Notes under the pieces: model-generated
Told to the model about the DNA's origin: nothing
Databases searched by the model: none
What the model saw: only the letters and a program-made list of their open reading frames with translations
Translations under genes and position numbers: made by a program
In this document: positions 43,950 through 53,754 of the stretch, in pieces
Numbering within the stretch: the first letter of the stretch is position 1
Layout of the letters: every line of letters starts with the position of its first letter
Assembly: GCA_037134915.1 (NCBI GenBank)
Contig: JBAXLJ010000001.1
Location: 37,484-101,483 of the forward strand
Source: Candidatus Falkowbacteria bacterium
GTDB lineage: Bacteria > Patescibacteriota > Patescibacteriia > Patescibacteriales > UBA12465
Direction: 5' to 3'
Length of the DNA stretch: 64,000 nt

Positions 43950-45389
43950 TTAAAATTTCTTGTTTAATAAAATTTTTAAATCATCTTTTGTTAATCCTTT
44001 AATTAAGTATAAGACGATTAGGTATAAGATAATTGATAGGCCGCCGCTAGTAATTAGGCCGAGCCAAGTGTAATAAAAACTTTCGGGAATTATTAAAAGG
44101 CCGAGCCACATTATTATTGCCGCCATAGCTGCTCTACCGACTATTTTAAGGTTAGGAATAAATCGGGTATAGCGCCAAACCACATAGGCAGATAAAAAGG
44201 CGATGGCTGCCTCGCTATAGATAGTTACTGCCGCCGCTCCGTAATAAGAAAAACGAGGAATAAAGATTAAATAGAAGACAAGAGAGGTAATACTAACAAA
44301 GATGTAGGCGCCAATCATTTTTCTCTGGCGATTTATAGCAATGACACCGTGGGCAAACATGCAACCCAAAAAGATAGCTACCAAAGCAAAAATTAATATT
44401 TTTAAGATTAAGCCGCTACCAGCGAATTCTTGGCCGGCCACTAGGACGATAATTGGCCTCGCCAGAACCAAGGTGCCCGCGATAATTGGTAAAGAGAAAA
44501 TAGCCATTAAGTCAAAAGATTTTTGTAAGACAGAATTAAAGTAGATTTTCTTTTCTTCAAACCAAGAGGCAGTTAAGATTGGTAAAATAATACCGGCAAA
44601 CATAAAAGGCAGGGTAGTTAGGACGTCGATAATTCTGTAAGCAGCCCCATATAGGCCAACTTCCTCCGGGCTCTTAATTAATGACAGAATTAGGGTGTCA
44701 GTTTTCAAATAAAGCAGGTTTAAAACTATGGTCACGGCTAAGGGCCAACTTTTGGTAATAATCTCCTGCCAAATTTTTAAATCAAAAGTCGGTTTTATGA
44801 AAAAGTCATCAGCTGCCAGTAGATAAGAGATGATAAAATTTAAAGCGGCGGCTATAACCGAGGCCCACAAGACACCATTTAGGCCGCGGTCACTTAGTAA
44901 AACTAGCCAGATGCCAATAACTAGGATTATTCGTCCAATAGTTTCGGCAATTACGGCTTTGTCCATTCTTAATCTTTTTTGGAATAAGCCTATAATCACT
45001 TGATTTAGAGCCGGAAATAAAAAGGACAGAGCGGCAACTAGGATGCCAGTTTTAATAGCGGCTGAATAGGGCAGAAAAATAGCGACCACAGGAGCTAATC
45101 CTAGAAAAATAATAATCGAAATTAATCTTAAGCCAAAAAGATTGTTTAAGCTCTTTTTTTCATCAGCCCCGGGCCGGCTAATCATTTGCACGGTCACCAG
45201 CGTCAATCCTAGATCGGCGATAATAGCAAAAAATGAAATGAAGGTAATAATTGTTGTATAAGAACCAAACCCGGACTGGCCCAGATAACGAGTCATCATG
45301 GCGAGTGAAATAAGACCCAAGACGGTTGAAATTATTTTCCCGATAAATTGGATGATTGTGTTGTAGGCGATCTTAGAAGAAAGGTTCAT
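43950..45389 (-). CDS. MOP-superfamily flippase (Wzx/MurJ-like polysaccharide or lipid-II flippase)
   Basis: About 14 TM helices. Start placed at MNLSSKIAYNTIIQFIGK (ATG at 45389). The longer track ORF would overlap the divergent pilin gene. Confidence 0.65.
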   Translation of the reverse strand: MNLSSKIAYNTIIQFIGKIISTVLGLISLAMMTRYLGQSGFGSYTTIITFISFFAIIADLGLTLVTVQMISRPGADEKKSLNNLFGLRLISIIIFLGLAPVVAIFLPYSAAIKTGILVAALSFLFPALNQVIIGLFQKRLRMDKAVIAETIGRIILVIGIWLVLLSDRGLNGVLWASVIAAALNFIISYLLAADDFFIKPTFDLKIWQEIITKSWPLAVTIVLNLLYLKTDTLILSLIKSPEEVGLYGAAYRIIDVLTTLPFMFAGIILPILTASWFEEKKIYFNSVLQKSFDLMAIFSLPIIAGTLVLARPIIVLVAGQEFAGSGLILKILIFALVAIFLGCMFAHGVIAINRQRKMIGAYIFVSITSLVFYLIFIPRFSYYGAAAVTIYSEAAIAFLSAYVVWRYTRFIPNLKIVGRAAMAAIIMWLGLLIIPESFYYTWLGLITSGGLSIILYLIVLYLIKGLTKDDLKILLNKKF

Positions 45390-45456
45390 GATGTTTGTGT
45401 TTTGACTTTTTTTTACGTATAATAAAATTAGCGTTTTATAATTATAACAAAATAAT

Positions 45457-45894
45457 ATGCTTCTTGCTAAAAAATATTTATTATCATTTGCTATTCTGGT
45501 TTCTTTGGCAATTTTGCAATTTAACATAGTCACTCAAATTAAGCCAGCTTTGGCCGACAGCACCTTGCTTAGTAACCAAACGCTGCTGACTACCTCAGCC
45601 AATGCTAGCTACGGCAGCAGCCCTAAAGATGTCAAAGTAATTATTCTTAACTTTTTGAAAACCGCCCTCGCTCTAATTGCCCTTCTGATGGTAATTTTGC
45701 TTATCATTGCTGGTTTTAAATATATGACTTCACAGGGCAATGAAGCTAAAATCAAAGAGTCGATGGGCCAGATTCAGTCTTTAGTGATTGGTTTGATAAT
45801 TATTCTTGCCTCCTGGGGGTTAACTTACTATATTTTGCAAACGGTGGTTTGTAATACCACCACCTCTGGCGGTGCTTGTAATTTTTTCTGGTAA
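45457..45894 (+). CDS. TrbC/VirB2-like pilin-like membrane protein, paralog 7 (Cys-containing tail)
   Basis: Signal peptide ends ...KPALADS. Loop is FKYMTSQGNEAKIKES. C-terminal tail is VVCNTTTSGGACNFFW. Confidence 0.7.
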   Translation: MLLAKKYLLSFAILVSLAILQFNIVTQIKPALADSTLLSNQTLLTTSANASYGSSPKDVKVIILNFLKTALALIALLMVILLIIAGFKYMTSQGNEAKIKESMGQIQSLVIGLIIILASWGLTYYILQTVVCNTTTSGGACNFFW

Positions 45895-46016
45895 TTTTGA
45901 CAAAAACTAAACATTTGCTATACTCATCATATAAAGCTAGTTGTTAATCACAATTAGCTTTTTATCTAATTATAAGTAAAGATGCTAATTAATAAACAAG
46001 CATCTAATCTAATATT

Positions 46017-47273
46017 ATGTCTGAACTATCTAACGCCATTAAACAGGTGTGTGAAGAAAAAAATCTGGAATATGACACAGTGGTCACTACGATTGAGTTA
46101 GCGCTGGCCGCCGCTTATCGTAAGGATTATGGTGAAAAAAATCAGAATATCAAGGTAAAATTTGACGTAAACACCGGCAAGAGTGAAATCTTTGACGTTA
46201 AAACGGTAGTTGAAGATTTGCCCGAACAAGAGGAGGCGGAAATGTTGCAGCGCCTCTATAGCCCTCAAGATAAAAATTCTAAAGAAGAGTCAGTTTATGT
46301 GGAACCAGAACTTGATGCTGAGGGTAAAGAGGTTCGCAAATTTAATCCTAAAACAGATATTCAGCTTAAGGAGGCCAAAATTTTAAAGTCAGCCGTTAAA
46401 GTTGGCGATGAACTGGTCACCGATTTGCCAATCCCAGAAAGCTATGGTCGTATGGCGGCTCAGACAGCTAAGCAGGTTATTATTCAAAAACTTAGAGAGA
46501 TGGAGCGAGACATGATTTTTTCAGAATTTAAAGATAAGGAAAAAGATGTTGTTTCTGGAATTGTGCAGCGCCGTGAAGGACGTTTAGTATTTGTTGATTT
46601 AGGTAAGGCGATTGGTATTTTGCCGGCCGAAGAACAGATTTACGGTGAGCACTATAATGTTTCCGATCGGGTTAAGGTTTATATTAAGGAAGTTCGCGAA
46701 GGGCACAAAGGACCAGAAATTATCTTATCCCGCCGCAGCGAAGAAATTTTACGTAAAATCTTTTATTTAGAAATCCCCGAAATCGCTAATGGTTTAGTTG
46801 AGTTAAAAGCAGTGGCTCGTGAAGCCGGCTCTCGTTCTAAAGTTGCTATTTGGTCGGACGCAGAAAATGTTGACCCAGTTGGTTCTTGTGTTGGACAACG
46901 CGGCGCCAGAATTCAAACTATTATTTCTGAACTTGGCGGCGAAAAGGTTGATATTATTGAATATAGCGAAAATCCAGCCAAATTTATTGCCAATGCTTTA
47001 GCCCCGGCTAAAATTTCTGATATTGAATTAGTGGAAAAAGACCATAAAGCGATTGTAAAAGTGGCTTCAGATAAGTTATCATTGGCTATTGGCAAAAGCG
47101 GTCAGAATGTTCGTTTAGCGGCCCATCTTACTGGCTGGAAGATTGATATTATTGAAGATGGCGTTGGCAAAGTAATCGATAGTGAAGATCCAAAAATCGC
47201 TGAGGCCTTTGAAGAGACAGCTCATGTTGATGCTGAAGAAGCAGCAGACTTTGAAAAAGAGTTAACCGAATAA
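46017..47273 (+). CDS. nusA: Transcription termination/antitermination factor NusA
   Basis: S1 and tandem KH domains (GSCVGQRGARIQ, AIGKSGQNVRLA). Confidence 0.93.
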   Translation: MSELSNAIKQVCEEKNLEYDTVVTTIELALAAAYRKDYGEKNQNIKVKFDVNTGKSEIFDVKTVVEDLPEQEEAEMLQRLYSPQDKNSKEESVYVEPELDAEGKEVRKFNPKTDIQLKEAKILKSAVKVGDELVTDLPIPESYGRMAAQTAKQVIIQKLREMERDMIFSEFKDKEKDVVSGIVQRREGRLVFVDLGKAIGILPAEEQIYGEHYNVSDRVKVYIKEVREGHKGPEIILSRRSEEILRKIFYLEIPEIANGLVELKAVAREAGSRSKVAIWSDAENVDPVGSCVGQRGARIQTIISELGGEKVDIIEYSENPAKFIANALAPAKISDIELVEKDHKAIVKVASDKLSLAIGKSGQNVRLAAHLTGWKIDIIEDGVGKVIDSEDPKIAEAFEETAHVDAEEAADFEKELTE

Positions 47274-47350
47274 TTTAATAAAAAATTTAAATAAAATTGT
47301 CGACTGACTTGCTTTTATTCATTTAAAAACAAGTAGTTGTTCCAAGATTT

Positions 47351-49342
47351 ATGATCAACTTGATTATCTTGGGTAGCGCACTGGCCGCCATTATCTATGG
47401 CGCTATCGTTATCCGCCTCATTCTCAAAATGTCAGATGGTAATGAGCGCATGAAAGAAATTGCCAAAGCAATTCAAGACGGTGCTCGAGCTTTCTTAAAT
47501 CGCCAGTATAAAACAGTAGCCATCGTGGCAGCTATTTTATTCTTGGTTGTTGGCTTTATTCCTTCTTTAGGTTGGATGACAGCTATCGCTTTTTTAACCG
47601 GTGCCGTTTTATCAGCTCTTACTGGTTACATCGGCATGTTTGTTAGTGTTCGTGCTAATGTGAGAACCGCTGAAGCGGCTCGTGGTGGTATGCAAAAAGC
47701 TTTAAACGTTGCTGTTTGGGGCGGAAGCGTCACTGGTATGTTAGTCGTTGGCTTAGCTTTAATTGGTACTGCTGGCTTTTATTTCTTAACTCATGATTTA
47801 AACGCTATCATCGGTTTTGCTTTTGGTAGCTCTCTTATTTCTATCTTCGCTCGTTTGGGCGGTGGTATTTATACCAAAGCAGCTGACGTTGGAGCGGACT
47901 TAGTTGGTAAGGTTGAAGCTTCTATTCCAGAAGATGATCCTCGTAACCCAGCTGTAATTGCTGATAACGTAGGGGACAACGTTGGTGATTGTGCTGGTAT
48001 GGCGGCTGATTTGTTTGAAACTTACGCCGTGACTACTATTGCCACCATGGTGCTTGGTCACTTAGTTTTTAAGGGCAATGAAACCATTATTTTATTTCCC
48101 CTAGTTCTTGGCGCAGTTTCTATTATCGCTTCCATCATTGGTATTTTCTTTATCAGACTTGGCAAAAAACAAAATATCATGGGCGCTTTATACAAAGGTT
48201 TAATTGCCGCTGGTGTCTTATCAGCTATTGCTTTTTACTTTGTCACTAATTACTTCATTAAAGAAAACACTTTAAATATTTTCTTGGCTTCTTTAATTGG
48301 TTTAGTCGTTACTGGTTTGTTGGTTATTATTACTGAATACTACACCTCCACTGCTTTTGCTCCAGTTAAATCTATTGCTGAAGCTTCAAAAACTGGTCAC
48401 GGTACTAACGTGATTGCCGGTCTAGCAGTTTCTATGAAATCCACTGCTGCCCCTATCATTGTTATTTGTTTAGCTATCTTAGGCGCTTATTCTTTGGCTG
48501 GTTTATACGGAATCGCCATTGCGGCAATGGCGATGTTATCAATGGCCGGTATCATTGTGACGATTGATGCTTATGGTCCAATTACTGATAACGCTGGGGG
48601 TATCGCTGAAATGGCTGAATTAGGGGATGATGTTAGAAATATCACTGATCCATTAGATGCTGTTGGTAACACTACTAAAGCGGTTACTAAGGGTTATGCT
48701 ATTGGTTCTGCAGCTTTAGCGGCTTTAGTATTGTTTGCTGACTTCACTCAGAAAATTAAAGATGGTGGCGGTAGCGCACAATTCTTAATTGATAATCCAT
48801 ACGTTTTAATTGGTTTATTCATTGGTGGCTTACTACCATATTTATTTGGTGCGATGGCGATGAAAGCGGTTGGAAAAACTGCCGGATCAGTTGTAGAAGA
48901 TGTTCGGGCTCAATTTAAAGAAAAGCCAGGTATCATGTTAAATACTGAAAAACCAGATTATGGTCGCACGGTTGATATCGTAACTAAAGCAGCTATCAAA
49001 GAAATGATTGTGCCAGCTTTAATTCCAGTTTTAGTACCTATTATTGTTGGCTTTGCTTTTATGTCTCACGGCGTTGAAGCTTTAGCAGGTTTACTTGTTG
49101 GTTCAATTATCACTGGTTTGTTTGTGGCTATTTCTATGACTTCAGGTGGTGGTGCTTGGGACAATGCTAAGAAATACATTGAACTTGGTAATTTCGGTGG
49201 TAAAGGTTCAGATGCTCACAAAGCAGCTGTAACTGGTGACACAGTTGGTGATCCTTACAAAGATACTGCTGGTCCAGCTATCAACCCAATGATTAAAGTA
49301 TTAAACATTGTAGCGTTATTAATTGTTGGTTTACTTATCTAA
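47351..49342 (+). CDS. hppA: Membrane-bound ion-translocating pyrophosphatase
   Basis: Motifs [29 protein letters not shown] and [16 protein letters not shown]. Confidence 0.95.
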   Translation: MINLIILGSALAAIIYGAIVIRLILKMSDGNERMKEIAKAIQDGARAFLNRQYKTVAIVAAILFLVVGFIPSLGWMTAIAFLTGAVLSALTGYIGMFVSVRANVRTAEAARGGMQKALNVAVWGGSVTGMLVVGLALIGTAGFYFLTHDLNAIIGFAFGSSLISIFARLGGGIYTKAADVGADLVGKVEASIPEDDPRNPAVIADNVGDNVGDCAGMAADLFETYAVTTIATMVLGHLVFKGNETIILFPLVLGAVSIIASIIGIFFIRLGKKQNIMGALYKGLIAAGVLSAIAFYFVTNYFIKENTLNIFLASLIGLVVTGLLVIITEYYTSTAFAPVKSIAEASKTGHGTNVIAGLAVSMKSTAAPIIVICLAILGAYSLAGLYGIAIAAMAMLSMAGIIVTIDAYGPITDNAGGIAEMAELGDDVRNITDPLDAVGNTTKAVTKGYAIGSAALAALVLFADFTQKIKDGGGSAQFLIDNPYVLIGLFIGGLLPYLFGAMAMKAVGKTAGSVVEDVRAQFKEKPGIMLNTEKPDYGRTVDIVTKAAIKEMIVPALIPVLVPIIVGFAFMSHGVEALAGLLVGSIITGLFVAISMTSGGGAWDNAKKYIELGNFGGKGSDAHKAAVTGDTVGDPYKDTAGPAINPMIKVLNIVALLIVGLLI

Positions 49343-49364
49343 GTTTTGGTTTTTAGATAAAAAG

Positions 49365-49400
49365 AAAAAAGCCTCCGGATGTTTTCGGAGGCTTTTGTTT
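49365..49400 (+). terminator. Intrinsic terminator after hppA
   Basis: aaaaaaGCCTCCGgatgttttCGGAGGCttttgtttt. Confidence 0.75.
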
Positions 49401-49500
49401 TGAAAAAAAAGTGAAGGAGATGGTTCTTGTTCTGCCCTTGTCTAGTATTTTGCTAGAGAGGTGCAATTACCCATTTAGGAGACAGTTGTCTCACCTTAAC

Positions 49501-49965
49501 TTAGGCTTCGATTGAAATTATTTCCGGCATAACGTCGAAAATTTCTTCGAATACCGATCGATAGATTGGATAAGCAAAACCAATCAGCTCCTGAGTTTTT
49601 AATTTAAGTCCAGGGTTGAAATGGTTAATTTCGGCGGCCATATTGCCAAAATCCCGGCGGTAATTTTTTAAAGGGATGTTTATTCCTTTTACATAAAACT
49701 TTATTACTCCCATAATAATTTCTATTTCGTCTTTTTTTGGAAGTTGCGGTGGCAGTTTATGTCCACCGATTCGGCCACAACTGGCATAAATTGCTGAACT
49801 CAACGATTCGGCGTCGCAACCAGCCGCTTTGGCAAATAAATGTAGTTCTCTTTGATTGAGCTCTTCACCATGAATGATATAATCTTCACCGATGAATCTC
49901 TTTCTGACGAAGTGGTCAAAAAGAGCTTGCGACAAATCAATCGCTCTTTTTTTACTTGATTCCAT
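49501..49965 (-). CDS. Hypothetical protein (154 aa)
   Basis: Isolated ORF between hppA and tig. No recognisable motif. Confidence 0.5.
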   Translation of the reverse strand: MESSKKRAIDLSQALFDHFVRKRFIGEDYIIHGEELNQRELHLFAKAAGCDAESLSSAIYASCGRIGGHKLPPQLPKKDEIEIIMGVIKFYVKGINIPLKNYRRDFGNMAAEINHFNPGLKLKTQELIGFAYPIYRSVFEEIFDVMPEIISIEA

Positions 49966-50122
49966 TTTTAAATTATTAAGGTTCTGACGGAATTGTCAGG
50001 TCTTTATTTTGGGATAAATAAGAAATAAAGTCAAGGGGGCCTGATTTCCTGGCTTGATTTTTGTCCGGTAAATGTTATAGTATAAATTCATAAAACATTG
50101 CTTATATTATAAAATAAAAACT

Positions 50123-51424
50123 ATGCAAGTAACCAAAAAAGATTTAGAAAAATCGCAGGCAGAATTATTAATTGAGCTAACAATTGAAGAATTTACTCCA
50201 TATATTGAAAAAGGAGCACAAAAAATTTCCGAAAAAGTAAAAATTGAAGGCTTTCGTCCAGGCAAAGCGCCGCTGGATATTTTAAAACAAAAAGTTGGTG
50301 AGATGACTATTTTAGAAGAAGCAGCACATTTGGCAATTCACAAAACAATTGACGACGCTATAGAGAAAAATACTATGGATCGGATGGCGGTTGGCCAACC
50401 TAAGGTGGAAATTACCAAACTAGCGCCAGGCAATCCGTTTGAATATAAAGTGATAGTAGCGATTATGCCCACCGTGGCCCTAGGTAAATATAAAGATTTA
50501 AAAATTAAACCAGTTGAAGCTAAGGTTGAAAAAGTGGATATTGAGAAAACTTTAAAAGAACTTCAGGAAATGCGCGTTAAAGAAACTCTTTCTGAGGAAG
50601 GGGTGAGCGATAGCGACAAGGTTTTGGTGGACATTGAAATGTTTATGGACAAAGTTCCTGTAGAAGGCGGTCAAACTAAGGATTTGGCGGTAATTATTGG
50701 AAAAAATTATTTTGTTGGTGGCTTTGATAAAGAATTATTGGGCGCCAAAACTGGAGAGGTGAGAGAATTTTCTCTGCCTTTTCCAGATGACCACCATCAG
50801 AAAAATTTAGCCGGTAAAATGGTGGACTTTAAAGTGAAAATTACTTCAATTTACACAAGAGAATTACCCGAGATAAACGATGAATTTGCGGTTGGTTTCC
50901 GTTTTAAGGATTTAGCCGATCTGGAGAAAACATTGAGCGAAAATATCATGGCTGACAGGAAGAGTCAAGCAGAAAATAAAACTGAGCTAGAAGTATTGGA
51001 CAAGATTGTTGGCGATACTAAATTTGGTGATTTACCGGAGGCGATGGTTGAAAGCGAAACTCATCACATGATGCATGAAATTGAGGATAATTTAGCTAGA
51101 CAGGGCGGTAAAATGGAAGATTATTTACAACACCTTGGTAAAACTAGAAATGAACTGGTTTTAGATTTACTGCCTAACGCTGTTAAAAGAGTAAAAACGG
51201 CTTTAGTTATGAAAGAGGTGGGAATTGTTGAGAAAATTGAGGCTAGTGAATCAGAAATTGATAAAAAACTTGAGGAATTAAAAGCCGAACATAAAGACAA
51301 TAAAGAATTAGAAAAAATGGCGAAAGACCAAGCCTACCGTCGTTATTTAGGTAATGTTTTACAAAATGAAAAGGTTTTGGCTAAATTAAAAGAATGGAAT
51401 TATGCCGGTACTGGCAACAAATAA
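50123..51424 (+). CDS. tig: Trigger factor
   Basis: The N-terminal ribosome-binding region contains GFRPGKAP. 433 aa. Confidence 0.9.
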   Translation: MQVTKKDLEKSQAELLIELTIEEFTPYIEKGAQKISEKVKIEGFRPGKAPLDILKQKVGEMTILEEAAHLAIHKTIDDAIEKNTMDRMAVGQPKVEITKLAPGNPFEYKVIVAIMPTVALGKYKDLKIKPVEAKVEKVDIEKTLKELQEMRVKETLSEEGVSDSDKVLVDIEMFMDKVPVEGGQTKDLAVIIGKNYFVGGFDKELLGAKTGEVREFSLPFPDDHHQKNLAGKMVDFKVKITSIYTRELPEINDEFAVGFRFKDLADLEKTLSENIMADRKSQAENKTELEVLDKIVGDTKFGDLPEAMVESETHHMMHEIEDNLARQGGKMEDYLQHLGKTRNELVLDLLPNAVKRVKTALVMKEVGIVEKIEASESEIDKKLEELKAEHKDNKELEKMAKDQAYRRYLGNVLQNEKVLAKLKEWNYAGTGNK

Positions 51425-51866
51425 AAAAGCTAATTTTGATTATAAATTACTGGAAACTTTTGAAGCCGGTTTGGTTTTGTTTGGCCATGAGGTAAAGGCC
51501 ATTAAAGATGGTCATGTGAGTTTGAAAGGAGCTTATATCTCTTTTAGATATCTAAATAGCGCCCCAGAATTATTTTTAATTGGGGCGCACATTTCTAAAT
51601 ATCGTCACGCCGGCAACTTGCCGGATTATAATCCGATTCGGGAACGCAAAATATTGCTTAGAAATAGAGAAATCCAGCACTTATTGGGTAAGAAACAGGA
51701 AAATGGCTTGACACTAGTGCCTGTCAAAATATATACTAAGCGTAGCTTAATCAAAATGGAACTCGCGCTCGCCGAAGGTAAGAAAAAATTCGACAAGCGG
51801 GAGGACTTAAAAAAGAAGGATTTGGATCGCCAAATCAGTACTTTAATGAAACGAGGATTAAGATAG
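51402..51866 (+). CDS. smpB: SsrA-binding protein SmpB
   Basis: Motifs NKKANFDY, EAGLVLFGHEVK and a C-terminal basic tail. The tmRNA gene follows immediately. Confidence 0.93.
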   Translation: MPVLATNKKANFDYKLLETFEAGLVLFGHEVKAIKDGHVSLKGAYISFRYLNSAPELFLIGAHISKYRHAGNLPDYNPIRERKILLRNREIQHLLGKKQENGLTLVPVKIYTKRSLIKMELALAEGKKKFDKREDLKKKDLDRQISTLMKRGLR

Positions 51867-52238
51867 GGGGATGTCGGGCTTTCGATAGCAAGACATTTCT
51901 TTAAACGTGCAAAACGCAGTGAGCGTCTGCGTACTAAAGCTCAAAAAACAAATGCAAAGAAATCTGCAGCGTTTACTTGGTTAGTTCCAAGTTTCGCACC
52001 TGTTGTCGCTTAAATTGCCACAACCATCAGCTTAGTGAAAGCTTAATAACTAAATCTGGTGTCATACGTAAAGCTAGGTAATCAGGTCTCTTTCATCTGA
52101 GAAGCCGAAATCAAAGAAAGATAGCGCCAGTGTTTTTCTCCCGGTTTTAGATCACTCGCGCGAAATACAAACTGGAATATTTTTGTAGAAGCGTTTAAAG
52201 TAACTTGTTAGACATGGGTTCAACTCCCATCATCTCCA
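51867..52238 (+). ncRNA. ssrA: tmRNA (ssrA)
   Basis: 5' GGGGATG pairs with 3' CATCTCC and includes a G3:U Ala-identity pair. The T-arm-like element is GGGTTCAACTCCC. The internal tag reading frame ends ...GCA CCT GTT GTC GCT TAA (stop at 52011-52013). Confidence 0.85.
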
Positions 52239-52264
52239 CATTTATTTTTTAAATATATAAGAAA

Positions 52265-52348
52265 GCCGCGGTGGCGGAATTGGTAGACGCGCTGGACTTA
52301 AAATCCAGTTGTGGCGACACAGTGCGGGTTCGATTCCCGCCCGCGGCA
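52265..52348 (+). tRNA. tRNA-Leu (anticodon TAA), long variable arm
   Basis: GCCGCGG...CTGGA-cuUAAaa-TCCAG...GCGGGTTCGATTCCCGC-CCGCGGC-A. Confidence 0.9.
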
Positions 52349-52415
52349 CATTATATCCTTGGTTCTCAAGGGTTGATTAAGAAATAAATATTTGCTATAT
52401 ATTTATATAGCTTAT

Positions 52416-52487
52416 GCGGGTATCGTATAGTGGTTATTATGCGACCTTGCCATGGTCGAGAGAGGGGTTCGATTCCCCTTACCCGCT
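52416..52487 (+). tRNA. tRNA-Gly (anticodon GCC)
   Basis: GCGGGTA...CGACC-uuGCCau-GGTCG...GGGGTTCGATTCCCC-TTACCCGC-T. Confidence 0.88.
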
Positions 52488-52551
52488 CACATACAAAAAA
52501 CACCAATAATATGGTGTTTTTTGTTACATTTAAGCTTTTCTAAGGCGACTA

Positions 52552-52580
52552 TTGACAAGTATTTAAAAGTATGATATAGT
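52552..52580 (+). promoter_or_regulatory. Consensus-like sigma70 promoter with extended -10 and no ORF behind it
   Basis: TTGACA (52552-52557), a 17-nt spacer ending in TGa, then TATAGT (52575-52580). Confidence 0.55.
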
Positions 52581-52586
52581 TTTTTT

Positions 52587-52832
52587 ATCCTTAAACAAAT
52601 AAGTTATGAGGATGCAAATCTGGTTATATAGTTTTTACTGAGCGGGTCGTCCTAACCCGACTATCTACTCATCGCTTCTCGGTTAACACATATAAGATAA
52701 ATACCGAGTAATTTGTCTCCCGTTGATATTAAAATGGGGATGCCAAGAGGAAGCAGAGCCTCCCGGAAATCAGACCTAAGCAAATTGATAAAAAAATTTC
52801 AAACCCCCGTATTTCAATAATATGGGGGTTTT
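52587..52832 (+). ncRNA. Candidate structured RNA of about 245 nt, class unknown (independent sRNA or cis-acting leader)
   Basis: No ORF of 60 aa or more lies between the promoter at 52552 and the hairpin CCCCCGTATttcaataATATGGGGGtttt (52804-52832). Internal hairpins: CGGGT-N7-ACCCG and CTCGGT-N21-ACCGAG. The motif GCC-AAGA-GGAAGCAG lies at 52742-52756. Confidence 0.4.
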
Positions 52833-52895
52833 AATATTGACTTAAAATAAATATTATTGTAAATATAGGTTATTAGAACCTTAAAAAAACAAATC

Positions 52896-53723
52896 ATGAA
52901 AAAAGAATTTGATCCCCTTGAATTTAGGGGAATTTGCAATGAGCTTAGTCGCTTAATGGTAGCCGCCGAGCAAGCTATTAAAACTGGTTCGCCAAGTGGC
53001 CTGTATTCTTTAAAAGCCCATTGGTATTTAATGGAACAGGGCTGGAAAATTATGTTGCCACTACCTAAAAATCAGTGGCCAAACGGAGGCGACAAATTAA
53101 TGAGAATTCCTCTGCTGTCCTGGCCGGACCAAATTTTATCGGACGATGAAAACGTTTTAGATTTAAAAGATGTTAAAGATTTGGCTGATTATTATTATTT
53201 TGGCTACGCGATAGTCGGCAAAAAACTAGTTAAAGCCAGTTTTTTAGTGACTAAAAAATTTCAAAAATCAGTTAAGTATTCAATTTTCTTTGATGAGGCC
53301 GTTATTGATCCTTTCTCTGATAAGAAAGGAATTCAACCCGATTATTATATTGGCTGTCCAGTGACGCTAGAGGATATTTTTTCAGCCGCCAACGTAAATG
53401 GCAATCCTTTGGAAAATTTTATCGAAAGACTGGAAGAGGAATCTCACCGGGATCAAATGGCTATCTGTTTTGAGGATACCTACAAGGAAATGCTTGGTGA
53501 CTTTTCGGGTTATTTTCCTCAGTCAGTGGTTGATTTCGTCACGGAATATAATTATTACTTACCTTATCAGGTTGAAGCTAAAGAATTGCAAAATTTGCGA
53601 GAGCTTGAAAGTAAGGGCACGGTTGATGGAAAAAAACCTATTGATATAATTAGGGAAATGAATCCGGGCACATTTATTCCCAGCGGCGAAGAGCTGGCTA
53701 AATTACTTCGAGGAGAAAAATAG
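52896..53723 (+). CDS. Hypothetical protein (275 aa)
   Basis: Long ORF with no recognisable motif. Confidence 0.55.
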   Translation: MKKEFDPLEFRGICNELSRLMVAAEQAIKTGSPSGLYSLKAHWYLMEQGWKIMLPLPKNQWPNGGDKLMRIPLLSWPDQILSDDENVLDLKDVKDLADYYYFGYAIVGKKLVKASFLVTKKFQKSVKYSIFFDEAVIDPFSDKKGIQPDYYIGCPVTLEDIFSAANVNGNPLENFIERLEEESHRDQMAICFEDTYKEMLGDFSGYFPQSVVDFVTEYNYYLPYQVEAKELQNLRELESKGTVDGKKPIDIIREMNPGTFIPSGEELAKLLRGEK

Positions 53724-53754
53724 ATTAATAACAAAAAATCAGAAGGAGATGGTT

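Noticed and set aside
52742-52756. A confident SRP (4.5S/ffs) RNA call based on GCC-AAGA-GGAAGCAG.
   Set aside because: Only about 10 specified bases match, the loop is not GNAR, and I could not build the conserved symmetric and asymmetric loops with the flanking sequence. It is kept only as a hypothesis inside the ncRNA finding.
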